From: an uncultured virus (IMG/VR IMGVR_UViG_3300032293_000679)
Taxonomy: Duplodnaviria > Heunggongvirae > Uroviricota > Caudoviricetes
Direction: 5' to 3' (one strand)
Length of the DNA stretch: 64,000 nucleotides
Virus record (IMG/VR): IMGVR_UViG_3300032293_000679
A program made the translations under genes and the position numbers. The notes under the pieces were generated by a model, which was not told the DNA's origin, did no database searches, and was given only the letters and a program-made list of their open reading frames with translations. Of this stretch, positions 49,207 to 58,007 are shown one piece after another; the stretch's first letter is position 1; each line of letters starts with the position of its first letter.

Positions 49207-49425
49207 TTAATCTAGAATCTTACGCCATTCTTGTTGTAATTCCCAAGGATTCTTAGTGTACTCAATAAGGGTAGTCATTGCTCTTTCTGTATCTTCAAAG
49301 GCAATTGCTTTACAGCCTACCCTTATGATACAACCTCTGTCTAGAAATTCAATTCTGATGTCATGGTATTTAAGAGCTTCTTTGTCTGAAGGTCTACACT
49401 CTTCTGGTCTTTCTTGATCTTGCAT
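49207..49425 (-). CDS. Hypothetical protein (start MQDQERP)
   Basis: IRIEFLDRGCIIRVGCK motif; promoter at 49453-49460. Confidence 0.6.
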   Translation of the reverse strand: MQDQERPEECRPSDKEALKYHDIRIEFLDRGCIIRVGCKAIAFEDTERAMTTLIEYTKNPWELQQEWRKILD

Positions 49426-49464
49426 ATTATTTTCTTTTTTAATGTTATGGTACAAATATACAAT

Positions 49465-49616
49465 GTACTCAAATCAAGTACAAGTACTCATTTCATATAC
49501 TTGTACTCATTTTATATACAAGTACTCATATTAAGTACATTTACACTATTCAATATTTGTACTCATTTTACATACTTGTACTCATTTCAAGTACTTTTTG
49601 TACTCATTTTGAGTAC
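49465..49616. repeat. Array of GTACTCA boxes with ~19-bp period
   Basis: Direct copies at 49465, 49484, 49503, 49522, 49559, 49578 and 49600; inverted copy at 49610-49616. Confidence 0.85.
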
Positions 49617-50104
49617 AGACCCCCCTCTAGAATCAGGCATCTCCAGCCATTCCTTCTTAATATTATTAAGCCAGCAGTAATATCGGTAGATATAAACAGG
49701 TTGTTGATAGATATGTAAGGGTATAAACTTACTTCACGCAATGCTGCGCAAGTGTATAGGCTGACTATAGAGAAGGATGTCTGGTTAAAAAACCATACTG
49801 CGTATAGAAATAGGGGTATTATGCATTATAGGGGTGGGCGTGAAATAAAAGTTAGAGGTATTGTACTAGAGAGGGGTAATACCACCAATAAAATAATAAT
49901 TTTATACAATAAAAAAACATCCCTGCCCATCTCTTACCCTACCCCTATCAAGGTTAAAGGCTGTTTATGTATATACTCTACTTATTTAGATTTAGTCTAA
50001 TTATAAACTTGAATTGAATTTAACCTAACAAGTGTTAGTTAGGTAGCTAGCAAAGTTATCCCCTATCTTATCCCCTAAACAATTTTAATACCTTATTTGA
50101 TAGC

Positions 50105-50284
50105 TTGTTTAGAATCATTCTAAATAATTTGCTTGTCTATTTTTTTAGACAAGCTGTCTAATTTTATAGACTCTGATTATCAGCACTTTACATAAATTTG
50201 TCTAATTTTATGGAATTATTACTCATTACAAATACTATGCCAAAGTATTTTTATACTTGTATTGCTTTGATTATCAGCACTTTG
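50105..50284. promoter_or_regulatory. Cluster of palindromes and IHF-like sites in the strand-switch region
   Basis: Palindrome 50105-50127; inverted repeat GCTTGTCTA-T6-TAGACAAGC 50131-50154; 16-bp direct repeat TGATTATCAGCACTTT at 50174 and 50268. Confidence 0.6.
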
Positions 50285-50346
50285 CACTTTTTTATGGTTT
50301 TTTGGCATACCAATTGTACTATGTATACCAAACAAACACAAACAAT

Positions 50347-50796
50347 ATGAACACTAACAAAACAGCTGAAAGATTACAAGGTAACAAATCAGCATCAAAC
50401 AAAAAAGCTAATTTATTGAATGAAGTTTTAATTAACAAAGTTACATCTAAAGTAATTAGTAAGCCCTTAAAAGTTGAAACCAAAGACGGAGTAACATACG
50501 TAGCTGAAAAGACAAGCGGTAAGCAATTGCAAGCCCTAAAAATTGAAGCTAACAGAAACCACAAAACAGAGTTACAAAGTCTTTCTTTTTGTATTTCGCA
50601 GCTAAACAAACACGGACAAGAATACTTAAAAGGCTTAAAATTAACTATTGAGCAAGTGACACCAAAAAACATTTGCCCCTTCTTGACTGAGAGCGAAAAG
50701 AAAAGACAAGCCAAGAATGGCAATAAGTTCAGCCTATGGCTTGTAGAAAATTTAGCCAAGCGATATGCTGAGAGCCTTAAAAAGGCTAAAAAATAG
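50347..50796 (+). CDS. First early gene, basic hypothetical protein (149 aa, start MNTNKT)
   Basis: A-rich leader ACAAACAATATG; Lys-rich; directly upstream of the large structured RNA. Confidence 0.75.
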   Translation: MNTNKTAERLQGNKSASNKKANLLNEVLINKVTSKVISKPLKVETKDGVTYVAEKTSGKQLQALKIEANRNHKTELQSLSFCISQLNKHGQEYLKGLKLTIEQVTPKNICPFLTESEKKRQAKNGNKFSLWLVENLAKRYAESLKKAKK

Positions 50797-51460
50797 GCTA
50801 TAAATAGCCAATAAATAGGGCTTAAAGGCTTGAAAACTAGAGCCTTGCAAATATCGGATATTTGCCCTATTTCAAAAGCAATCAAAATAAAAGTACTTTT
50901 TTGTATCAATTACGAAATGTAGTTAGTTTCCAAGCGAAACGCGATACACTAAAAAAAAGTATTCAATAAAATTGAGCGCTCAGTTCCTTGAAATTTAGTT
51001 CCGTCCCTTGTCTTCATTGTATGCTTTATACAATGTTTGAACGAATACAAAAAAGACAATATAAACGAGCCTATTTTGTAGGCTTGAAAATAGGCAATAA
51101 AAATAAATTAGCAACTTGTTTTATTGTCAATCCACTTCATGGGTGAAGTGAGCCGTTATGTGCAACATTGCAAACTGGACTTATTCGTTATGAATGTTGT
51201 AACTCGCAAAAGTAAACTACGAAAGTAGAGAACGGCTACCGAGTACAATTTAGACAGTCTAAATGTGTACAAGGTAAAGTGCAATTCACAATCATCTTAT
51301 GTCTTCTTGTGTACCCTCAACACGCTATCAAAAAGCGTGTGTACAATCTTATGAAAGAGTGTTTGCTTACTATGTGTACGAGATGCAAACTGAAAAAGAC
51401 AGGCACAAATAAGGGAAAAGGAAAGGTATTCAGGCAGGTTCAATTCCTGCCATCCCTTCA
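50796..51460 (+). ncRNA. Large, densely structured non-coding RNA ending in a tRNA-like T-arm domain
   Basis: About 20 helices in nested multi-way junctions, GAAA-capped hairpins, no credible ORF; 3' GGCAGG-TTCAATT-CCTGCC closed by AAGGGA/TCCCTT. Confidence 0.7.
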
Positions 51461-51484
51461 AACAAACCAACAAATATAAAACAT

Positions 51485-51649
51485 ATGAAAAGAGTATTAA
51501 ATGTAGTGCTAGCCTCACTTATTGCGCTAGCTTTTATGTCAGCCGTGACAATTTTAACAGGTGAAAACTCAGCACAGCAAATGTTCAGCTTTGCAATCTG
51601 CTTCACCTCAACAGCGTTATTCTATATCCTAGTGCCTAAAACCAAGTAA
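51485..51649 (+). CDS. Small 2-TM membrane protein (54 aa)
   Basis: Hand translation MKRVLNVVLASLIALAFMSAVTILTGENSAQQMFSFAICFTSTALFYILVPKTK; AAAACATATG start context. Confidence 0.65.
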   Translation: MKRVLNVVLASLIALAFMSAVTILTGENSAQQMFSFAICFTSTALFYILVPKTK

Positions 51650-51733
51650 AAACATATGGAAAACACAGACGAAATCTATTCAAACCTTGTAGGCGAGGTT
51701 GAAATTCCAAAGCAAACTAAAAAGTAAAAACAC

Positions 51734-51862
51734 ATGAAAAAAGAAGAAAGAATATTGTTGCTAGTGCTATGCGCTTGCATCATTGGTTTATACCTGCACA
51801 TATGGTTGTGCCTGCCCTTATTGTTAGGTGCAATATCAATATACATATTTTCTAAAATATAA
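51734..51862 (+). CDS. Small membrane protein (42 aa)
   Basis: MKKEERILLLVLCACIIGLYLHIWLCLPLLLGAISIYIFSKI; AAAAACACATG start context. Confidence 0.55.
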   Translation: MKKEERILLLVLCACIIGLYLHIWLCLPLLLGAISIYIFSKI

Positions 51863-51877
51863 AAACCAATAAACATC

Positions 51878-53167
51878 ATGGAAACAAAAGAGATGCTAGA
51901 AAAATTTACTTTCAGCAAAATTAGAAAGGTTATCTTGCTATCAAGAGACAGAAAGTTTGACTACAAAGCATTGCTTGAAAAGATTGTTGATGATAACCTA
52001 GACATTGACAATGTAATTGTAAGTATTGGCGACCACTATTGTACTGCTGATGAAATTATCAGTGACGATGTATTTTGTCATGAAGGGTACTACTACAGTA
52101 ATGATGACTATGTTATTACAGATGATACAGCCAATGCCATACACATAGATGATGCGCACTTCTGTCAGAGAACAGAAACATACAGAGAGAACGAGACTGT
52201 TGTTGTGCATATTGGTAGGCATACAGAACAGTGGAATGAGGATGATGCGGAGTTAAACTTGCATAGGTTTGAAGGCGAATACTATGACCACGATGCACTT
52301 GACCGCAATAACCTAGTAGTCATGTATAACGGTGTAGTTGAATATCATGATGATGTGTACTATTGGGAGTCAGATGGCGAGTACCACTATGACTCAGAAG
52401 AAGATGATGAAGAAGAGTATGTAAGAGATTATCACTACAGTGGGTACTCAGATTCAAACCCTTCTGTATATTTCACAGACAACCCGACAAGATTCATTGG
52501 CTTTGAGATTGAGAAGGAAGACAGAGGTGTTAAGGAGAGTATGTTTATAAGTGACTTTGAATACGCTTGTCCTAAGTGGAAGAAAGAAAGAGATGGCAGT
52601 CTTGATGGTAGCACTGGCTTTGAATTGATAAGCCCTAAGTTTGAACTCATACCAAGCGAGATTAAAAATCATATTGAAAGCAATGCCACACTATTGCACC
52701 ATGTGAATGCTAGTAAGTCCAACGCTTGTGGTGGTCATATCAATGTCAGTGAGTTTGGTATGAGTGGCGAAGAATTGTTTGACAGTATCAAGGGGTACAC
52801 ACCTCTATTCTATGCCCTATACTACAAGCGAGTTGACAAGAACTATTGCAAGGGTAAAAAGAATGATGACCTCAAGGGGGATAACGAAAAGTATCAAGCA
52901 ATACGCATCCACTCAAACAGAATAGAGTTCCGTATCGTAAGTGCAGTACCTAACTTGTCAACTTTAGTATGGCGTTCAAGACTTATTGAATACATACTCA
53001 ACAATAAGACAGACAATATAAGAGATGCTTTCTTCAATGTCAATACAAGCCCTCTCAAAGACTTATTGCTTGAGATGTACCCTAACAACTTCAACGAACT
53101 TGTTGACAGACTAGCAGAGTTCTCTCTAAAATTTGAAAACATTGACTTAAACAATAACAACAACTAA
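51878..53167 (+). CDS. Amidoligase (COOH-NH2 ligase, glutamine-synthetase-like fold) with acidic N-terminal region
   Basis: IGFEIE, ERDGSL, GFELISP, CGGHINVS, KYQAI and IEFRI motifs. Confidence 0.85.
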   Translation: METKEMLEKFTFSKIRKVILLSRDRKFDYKALLEKIVDDNLDIDNVIVSIGDHYCTADEIISDDVFCHEGYYYSNDDYVITDDTANAIHIDDAHFCQRTETYRENETVVVHIGRHTEQWNEDDAELNLHRFEGEYYDHDALDRNNLVVMYNGVVEYHDDVYYWESDGEYHYDSEEDDEEEYVRDYHYSGYSDSNPSVYFTDNPTRFIGFEIEKEDRGVKESMFISDFEYACPKWKKERDGSLDGSTGFELISPKFELIPSEIKNHIESNATLLHHVNASKSNACGGHINVSEFGMSGEELFDSIKGYTPLFYALYYKRVDKNYCKGKKNDDLKGDNEKYQAIRIHSNRIEFRIVSAVPNLSTLVWRSRLIEYILNNKTDNIRDAFFNVNTSPLKDLLLEMYPNNFNELVDRLAEFSLKFENIDLNNNNN

Positions 53168-53191
53168 CAATATTAAAACAACAGCAAAACT

Positions 53192-54088
53192 ATGTGTATC
53201 GCAATCTTAAACTCAACAACAACTCTATCAAAAGAGCATTTAGAAAATTCATGGGACAACAACAATCAAGGTGCAGGCTTATTGTATAACATCAATGGTA
53301 AGCTAACCGTATTCAAAACATACGACAAGAAACAGTTTATCAATGAGTACTACAAGATTCGTGCAGCTATCAAGGGTAAGATTGTATTGCACTTTCGTAT
53401 TGCAACATCAGGCTTTGAGAAGTACACAAACTTACATCCTTTCTTAGTCAACCAAGACTTAGGCTTCGTGCATAACGGTATCATATCGGGCTTAGGTAAT
53501 CAGCAACATAGCGACACATACCACTTCAATGAGATGCTCAAAGGTTTCAAGCACGACTTTATTAACTGCGATATGACAAAGTTATTTATTGCAGATTATA
53601 TTGGCTCAAGCAAGTTGGTCTTTCTTGATAGCAATGACAATGCTACTATCATCAACGAAGACAAGGGTCATTGGGATGGCGACAATTGGTTCAGTAATGA
53701 CAGCTACAAATCATACTCTGAGTATCTGTACTATGGTAATCAGAAGGTAAGCAGAGGTAAGAGTAGCTTTACAAAAGATTGGTCAACAGATTTTGAAGAC
53801 TTATTCCCTGAGCCAGAATGGAAGGAAGAGTACGATATGGGTGGAAGTTTTACTGAGATTCTTGATGAAGATGAGTTCAACCAGTATATCAGTAACTTTA
53901 GAAATGTGACCGAAAATACTGTATCAAATCTTGAAATCATAATCGGTTGCAGTAGGTATTCATCAGAGTTTTACGAAGAGATTGAAAACGCAGCGTTTGA
54001 GGCAGACACTCTTGACCTCAACAAAATATACAGTCACATATCAAAGGTCATTGCAGTTAGCTACAAATCAAAACCAGCATACAATTAA
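53192..54088 (+). CDS. Class II (Ntn) glutamine amidotransferase
   Basis: N-terminal MC, HFRIATSG, HPF, HNGII and SDT motifs. Confidence 0.9.
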   Translation: MCIAILNSTTTLSKEHLENSWDNNNQGAGLLYNINGKLTVFKTYDKKQFINEYYKIRAAIKGKIVLHFRIATSGFEKYTNLHPFLVNQDLGFVHNGIISGLGNQQHSDTYHFNEMLKGFKHDFINCDMTKLFIADYIGSSKLVFLDSNDNATIINEDKGHWDGDNWFSNDSYKSYSEYLYYGNQKVSRGKSSFTKDWSTDFEDLFPEPEWKEEYDMGGSFTEILDEDEFNQYISNFRNVTENTVSNLEIIIGCSRYSSEFYEEIENAAFEADTLDLNKIYSHISKVIAVSYKSKPAYN

Positions 54089-54099
54089 TCAAAAACACT

Positions 54100-54375
54100 A
54101 TGTATAAATGTGAATGTGGCAGTCTATTTGACAAGCCAAAAACAATCTATTGGGAAGATGAGCAATGGGATGAATGCCCACAATGTAAAGCAACTAACTA
54201 CAGCGAGGTTGTTGTTATGAAAGTAAATATATCAAATGCATCTGCTGAGGATATATCATACAACCAAATGATGGAAGAGGTTACAAATGTTTGGACTACA
54301 GAGTATGTAGTCAACACAATCAAGGAAGGACACGCAATTTTTACAAAAGATTATTTATATAAAATAGCACCATGA
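54100..54375 (+). CDS. Zinc-ribbon protein
   Basis: CECG...CPQC. Confidence 0.65.
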   Translation: MYKCECGSLFDKPKTIYWEDEQWDECPQCKATNYSEVVVMKVNISNASAEDISYNQMMEEVTNVWTTEYVVNTIKEGHAIFTKDYLYKIAP

Positions 54376-54590
54376 AAAACAAAATGAATTTAGAAAGTGT
54401 AGAAAAGTACACGAAAGCCATTGTAACAATTGAGTACAATGAAGAAAGCTACGAGGTTTGCATACAAGAAAACTTCAACGGAAACCATGACATTGAGGTA
54501 TTAAACCTTGAAACAAATGACTGCGTAGATGATGATGTTTTTGAGCAGCAGCTTATTGACTTTGCATATGAATGTATTAATAATAAATAA
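54372..54590 (+). CDS. Hypothetical acidic protein
   Basis: 72 aa; ATGA overlap. Confidence 0.6.
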   Translation: MKNKMNLESVEKYTKAIVTIEYNEESYEVCIQENFNGNHDIEVLNLETNDCVDDDVFEQQLIDFAYECINNK

Positions 54591-54608
54591 AACACAAACA
54601 ATAAAACT

Positions 54609-55145
54609 ATGATTACCAACAACCAAAAATTAATCATTGATCAAATCATTAGCGAGTTTGAGAAAATGAACAAACAATCAAAGACAAGTGGTAACAAGTA
54701 CTTTGATTTCATCAAGCAAGAAACCGATGCATTCAACAAGCAATTGGAGGAGAGAAGAATCAGCACTTATGCCTACAACCAAGCCAATATTGAATTGATG
54801 GAGCAATTTGTAGATAAAGTTGAGACAATTGTTGAATTGCTTGGTGGTGAATGGGCATTAAAAGTTATGATGAATCATCACAAAGGTTATACAGATTTTT
54901 GTGAGGTTACAATTGAATCTCCTTATGCAGACAATTGCAGAGCATATGGCAATCAAGATGTATCTTTAAAAATGGAGGTATTTCAAGGTAGGAGTTCAAA
55001 TTCAGAGTATTACCTAACTAAAAGTGGTATAAGTTATTACAAAGGCACTGACTATTCTAGCAAAAATCCTATTGCCAATCAAGAAGAGGCATTGCAATAT
55101 ATATCCGAAGAGATTGTAAGATTAATCAAAATAAATACTAAATAA
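54609..55145 (+). CDS. Hypothetical protein
   Basis: 178-aa ORF with A-rich start context. Confidence 0.7.
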   Translation: MITNNQKLIIDQIISEFEKMNKQSKTSGNKYFDFIKQETDAFNKQLEERRISTYAYNQANIELMEQFVDKVETIVELLGGEWALKVMMNHHKGYTDFCEVTIESPYADNCRAYGNQDVSLKMEVFQGRSSNSEYYLTKSGISYYKGTDYSSKNPIANQEEALQYISEEIVRLIKINTK

Positions 55146-55153
55146 TAAAACGC

Positions 55154-55381
55154 ATGAAAAAACAATTAGAACATCTGAACTCCCAAACATGGGTAAGACC
55201 AGAAGACTTCTATTCAATGAGAATTGAAGCAGATTCAATTACATTACAAGGAGCGTATGTAACATACAATTTAGTACACTACAAGCTAATGCTTCAAATT
55301 GATTTTAAGGTAGACGATGCTGGCTTCACAGTAGGTATCGCATGGGTAGATGGATTTAAATACAGAATAGTATTCTCATAA
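55154..55381 (+). CDS. Hypothetical protein
   Basis: 75 aa in early operon. Confidence 0.6.
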   Translation: MKKQLEHLNSQTWVRPEDFYSMRIEADSITLQGAYVTYNLVHYKLMLQIDFKVDDAGFTVGIAWVDGFKYRIVFS

Positions 55382-55393
55382 ACAATAAAACAC

Positions 55394-55864
55394 ATGAAAA
55401 CAACACACTATGTAATGATTGCCCACGAGTTAAGTGGTGACAGCGAACTCTTCTTCTATCATACAGAAGAGGAAGCAGAAAACAAGCTGAAAGAATTTCT
55501 ATCAGGCATCAAAGATTTGTTTGACCTTGAAGTTGATGTAGAAGAAGAAAAGCTTTACAAGAGTATGTACATCAACGATGTGCCAGAGTATGACTATTGC
55601 AGTGTGTATGTAGAGGTAGGCGTAATCGTTGCCGAAGATACACATGACTACTACTTTGCAAACTTTGCACCAAGTATCTACGAGTCAAGTGTCAAGACAG
55701 ATACAAAGGAGAATGTACTTGCAGAGGTCAAGAGATGGGAAGAAGACTACGACCAATTTGAGAAGGAGGTAACAGAGTCAGAGAATGTAATACAAATACA
55801 CTTTGACCTCAGATTCATGAATGCAATAGATACAATCAGAGCAGGTAAAATAATAACAATATAA
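55394..55864 (+). CDS. Highly acidic hypothetical protein
   Basis: 156 aa, D/E-rich. Confidence 0.7.
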   Translation: MKTTHYVMIAHELSGDSELFFYHTEEEAENKLKEFLSGIKDLFDLEVDVEEEKLYKSMYINDVPEYDYCSVYVEVGVIVAEDTHDYYFANFAPSIYESSVKTDTKENVLAEVKRWEEDYDQFEKEVTESENVIQIHFDLRFMNAIDTIRAGKIITI

Positions 55865-55884
55865 CAATTAAAAACAATAAACAC

Positions 55885-56760
55885 ATGAAAACATTTCAAG
55901 AAAAAACATTTGACTTATTAGAAAGCACAGGTCTTAATTGGTCAGTAAGAAAAGATTCTTTAGTATCTTTAGACGGTCACGCAACTGAGTCATTCGGTAT
56001 ATTCCGTAACGACTCAAACAAATGGCTAGGCACAGTAGGTAATCGCTACGAGCCTATGCAGAACTCAACACTTGCCGAGACAATCATTCAAGCTACAGAC
56101 CATATCAACCTTGATACACAGAAGGGTGGTATGTTTGATGGTGGTAAGAAAGTATATCTCCAAGCAATGTTGCCTGATGAGTACATAGGTAACTCTGGTG
56201 TACAGCGTTGCATCACAGCAGTCAACAGCCATGATGGTTCAACATCAATAGGCTTCGGCTCATCGTCAACCGTTATCGTATGCAAGAATACATTCTACAA
56301 AGCTTTCAAGACTCTTGACAAGTTCAGACATACAGCATCAGCAGAGGAAAGGCTAAGGGTTGCAATGCTTGAATTAAAAGAAGCACTCAAGCTTGATCAA
56401 GACCTTATGGACAACTTCAAGCGTATGGCTGATGCACCACTAAAAGAAGATATGATAGAGGGCGTCATTCGTAAGATGTTTGCAATAGATGTAAAGAATG
56501 ACAAGACAAGCACACGCAAGGCTAACCAAGTGACTGCCTTTGCTGATAGCCTTAGAACTGAGGTTACTACACACGGCTCTACACTATGGGCATTGTTCAA
56601 TGGCGTGACAAGGTATACCAACCATATCGCTGCACCAAGAGATAAGAAAGAAGAATATGTAACCGTAGGCACAGGGTATAAGACTAACCTTATGGCTTAC
56701 GATGAATGTATGAAGTGGCTTGAAAGTAATACTGCAAGCTTCCACTTTATAAATAGATAG
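55885..56760 (+). CDS. DUF932/DUF945-family phage/plasmid protein
   Basis: GLNWSV, LGTVGNRYEPMQN, NSHDGS, IVCKNT, RHT and TLWALFNGVTRY motifs. Confidence 0.85.
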   Translation: MKTFQEKTFDLLESTGLNWSVRKDSLVSLDGHATESFGIFRNDSNKWLGTVGNRYEPMQNSTLAETIIQATDHINLDTQKGGMFDGGKKVYLQAMLPDEYIGNSGVQRCITAVNSHDGSTSIGFGSSSTVIVCKNTFYKAFKTLDKFRHTASAEERLRVAMLELKEALKLDQDLMDNFKRMADAPLKEDMIEGVIRKMFAIDVKNDKTSTRKANQVTAFADSLRTEVTTHGSTLWALFNGVTRYTNHIAAPRDKKEEYVTVGTGYKTNLMAYDECMKWLESNTASFHFINR

Positions 56761-56786
56761 TTTGTTCGTTTGTTTGTTACCTATAT

Positions 56787-56812
56787 GTAGCAGGGGGTTG
56801 TTTCCCTGCTAC
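56787..56812 (+). terminator. GC-rich hairpin ending the early operon
   Basis: GTAGCAGGG-GGTTGTTT-CCCTGCTAC perfect 9-bp stem; U tract is weak. Confidence 0.55.
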
Positions 56813-56910
56813 CTCTGTAGGTTGTTCACAATCATCTCTTTCTTTCTGCAAATCAATCACTTACAATTTAAATTTGCTTTTTAATTTTAAATAATATTAT
56901 TTTTGTCAAC

Positions 56911-57144
56911 ATGAACGCACTTAGACGCACCAAAAAATATTTAGTCCTAAAAATAGATAACTACAACCATGTAGTTAGAGACAGAGAGTCAGGCAAGTTG
57001 TCTCCAATCTTCTCAAAAGATACTGAGCTATACAAGTTCATCAGATACTATTCAAAGTCATCAGCCAAAGAAGTAAACGCAATATGCGATGTGATGTTTA
57101 TGACTAACGAAACCGATTTACAAACCATCAAACAATTATTATAA
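56911..57144 (+). CDS. Hypothetical protein
   Basis: 77 aa; TATTTTTG promoter 5 nt upstream of ATG. Confidence 0.6.
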   Translation: MNALRRTKKYLVLKIDNYNHVVRDRESGKLSPIFSKDTELYKFIRYYSKSSAKEVNAICDVMFMTNETDLQTIKQLL

Positions 57145-57145
57145 C

Positions 57146-57331
57146 ATGATCAAATCTAAAATCACCTTCTGCGAACATTTACATCAAAAAGTAGGAGACC
57201 CTATTTGGGTGTTCGTTGCCGTTGAGGACTTACAAAACATCCCAATGGAGAGACAAGCTGAAATCTCAAATCTTGTAGCTCAGTTTGAAAAAGACATTAA
57301 ACAAATTGTAAACCCAGAATCAAATGACTGA
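57146..57331 (+). CDS. Hypothetical protein
   Basis: 61 aa in operon. Confidence 0.55.
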   Translation: MIKSKITFCEHLHQKVGDPIWVFVAVEDLQNIPMERQAEISNLVAQFEKDIKQIVNPESND

Positions 57332-57494
57332 TAAAGAAACAATCTTACAGCTACAGAACAAGGTTCATGAGCTTAACGAACATAATCAATCTCTTATGCA
57401 CTCAGTGTCTGTATATCAGAAGCAGATTGATTCGCTAAAGGCTGACTTACAATACTACCAAGAAATAACATCTAAAATGATAGGAGGCAAATAA
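57324..57494 (+). CDS. Small coiled-coil protein (56 aa)
   Basis: Hand translation MTDKETILQLQNKVHELNEHNQSL...; fills gap between overlapping genes. Confidence 0.55.
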   Translation: MTDKETILQLQNKVHELNEHNQSLMHSVSVYQKQIDSLKADLQYYQEITSKMIGGK

Positions 57495-57495
57495 T

Positions 57496-57675
57496 ATGAA
57501 AGACACAGACATCAGATTCCTTGACAAGCTAATCTCAGACAGATTTTACGGTCAACAAAACCAAGAGTTAGAAGATGAAAGCTTAGTAAGAATTGCACTA
57601 CACCTATCATTGCCATCTGCCGATGATATGCTAGTTTCATTCGCATTCACATACAAAAGAAACCCAGAGTTATAA
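57496..57675 (+). CDS. Hypothetical protein (59 aa)
   Basis: MKDTDIRFLDKLISDRF...; TAATG coupling to next gene. Confidence 0.55.
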   Translation: MKDTDIRFLDKLISDRFYGQQNQELEDESLVRIALHLSLPSADDMLVSFAFTYKRNPEL

Positions 57676-58007
57676 TGAAAACACTAGAAGAGATTGACAA
57701 TCAAATCGTAGAAGTCTTATCAAGCACTAAGCCTGATGAGACAGCTAAGAACAGGGCAAGAAAGAACTTAGAGTTCCTCAGAACCTGCAAGAAGTATCTT
57801 GAGACAAACCCTTCAGAAGAGTTCATCATAAAAGAGCTTGACTCATTAAACAAAAAGCATGAGTACTTAGACGATGCTTACGAAGATTATGTAAGGAACA
57901 ATGCTGACTACATAAATAGTCCTAACCCTCTTGAGAAGTACAAGAAAGAAATGAATTTCTCACAACTAATGTTACAAATCAAAACACTTAATTTCTTATT
58001 ATCATGA
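57675..58007 (+). CDS. Hypothetical protein
   Basis: 110 aa; KKYLETNPSEEFI...QIKTL.FLL. Confidence 0.65.
   Translation: MKTLEEIDNQIVEVLSSTKPDETAKNRARKNLEFLRTCKKYLETNPSEEFIIKELDSLNKKHEYLDDAYEDYVRNNADYINSPNPLEKYKKEMNFSQLMLQIKTLNFLLS

Noticed and set aside
49465..49616. Repeat array as a CRISPR or mini-CRISPR
   Set aside because: Repeats are 7-9 bp with ~11-bp spacers that resemble each other, and no cas genes are present.
49414..50000. ORFs 49414-49680 and 49752-50000
   Set aside because: They translate the repeat array and low-complexity terminal region, with atypical starts and composition.
50319..50909. 196-aa minus-strand ORF, plus short ORFs 51279-51479 and 51297-51518
   Set aside because: Antisense to the real early gene or lying within the structured RNA; non-ATG starts and no A-rich start context.
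50796..51460. Large RNA as tmRNA or self-splicing intron
   Set aside because: No 5' GGGG acceptor strand with G3-U70, no tag ORF, no interrupted host gene and no group I/II core motifs recognised; only an Rfam scan can exclude these fully.
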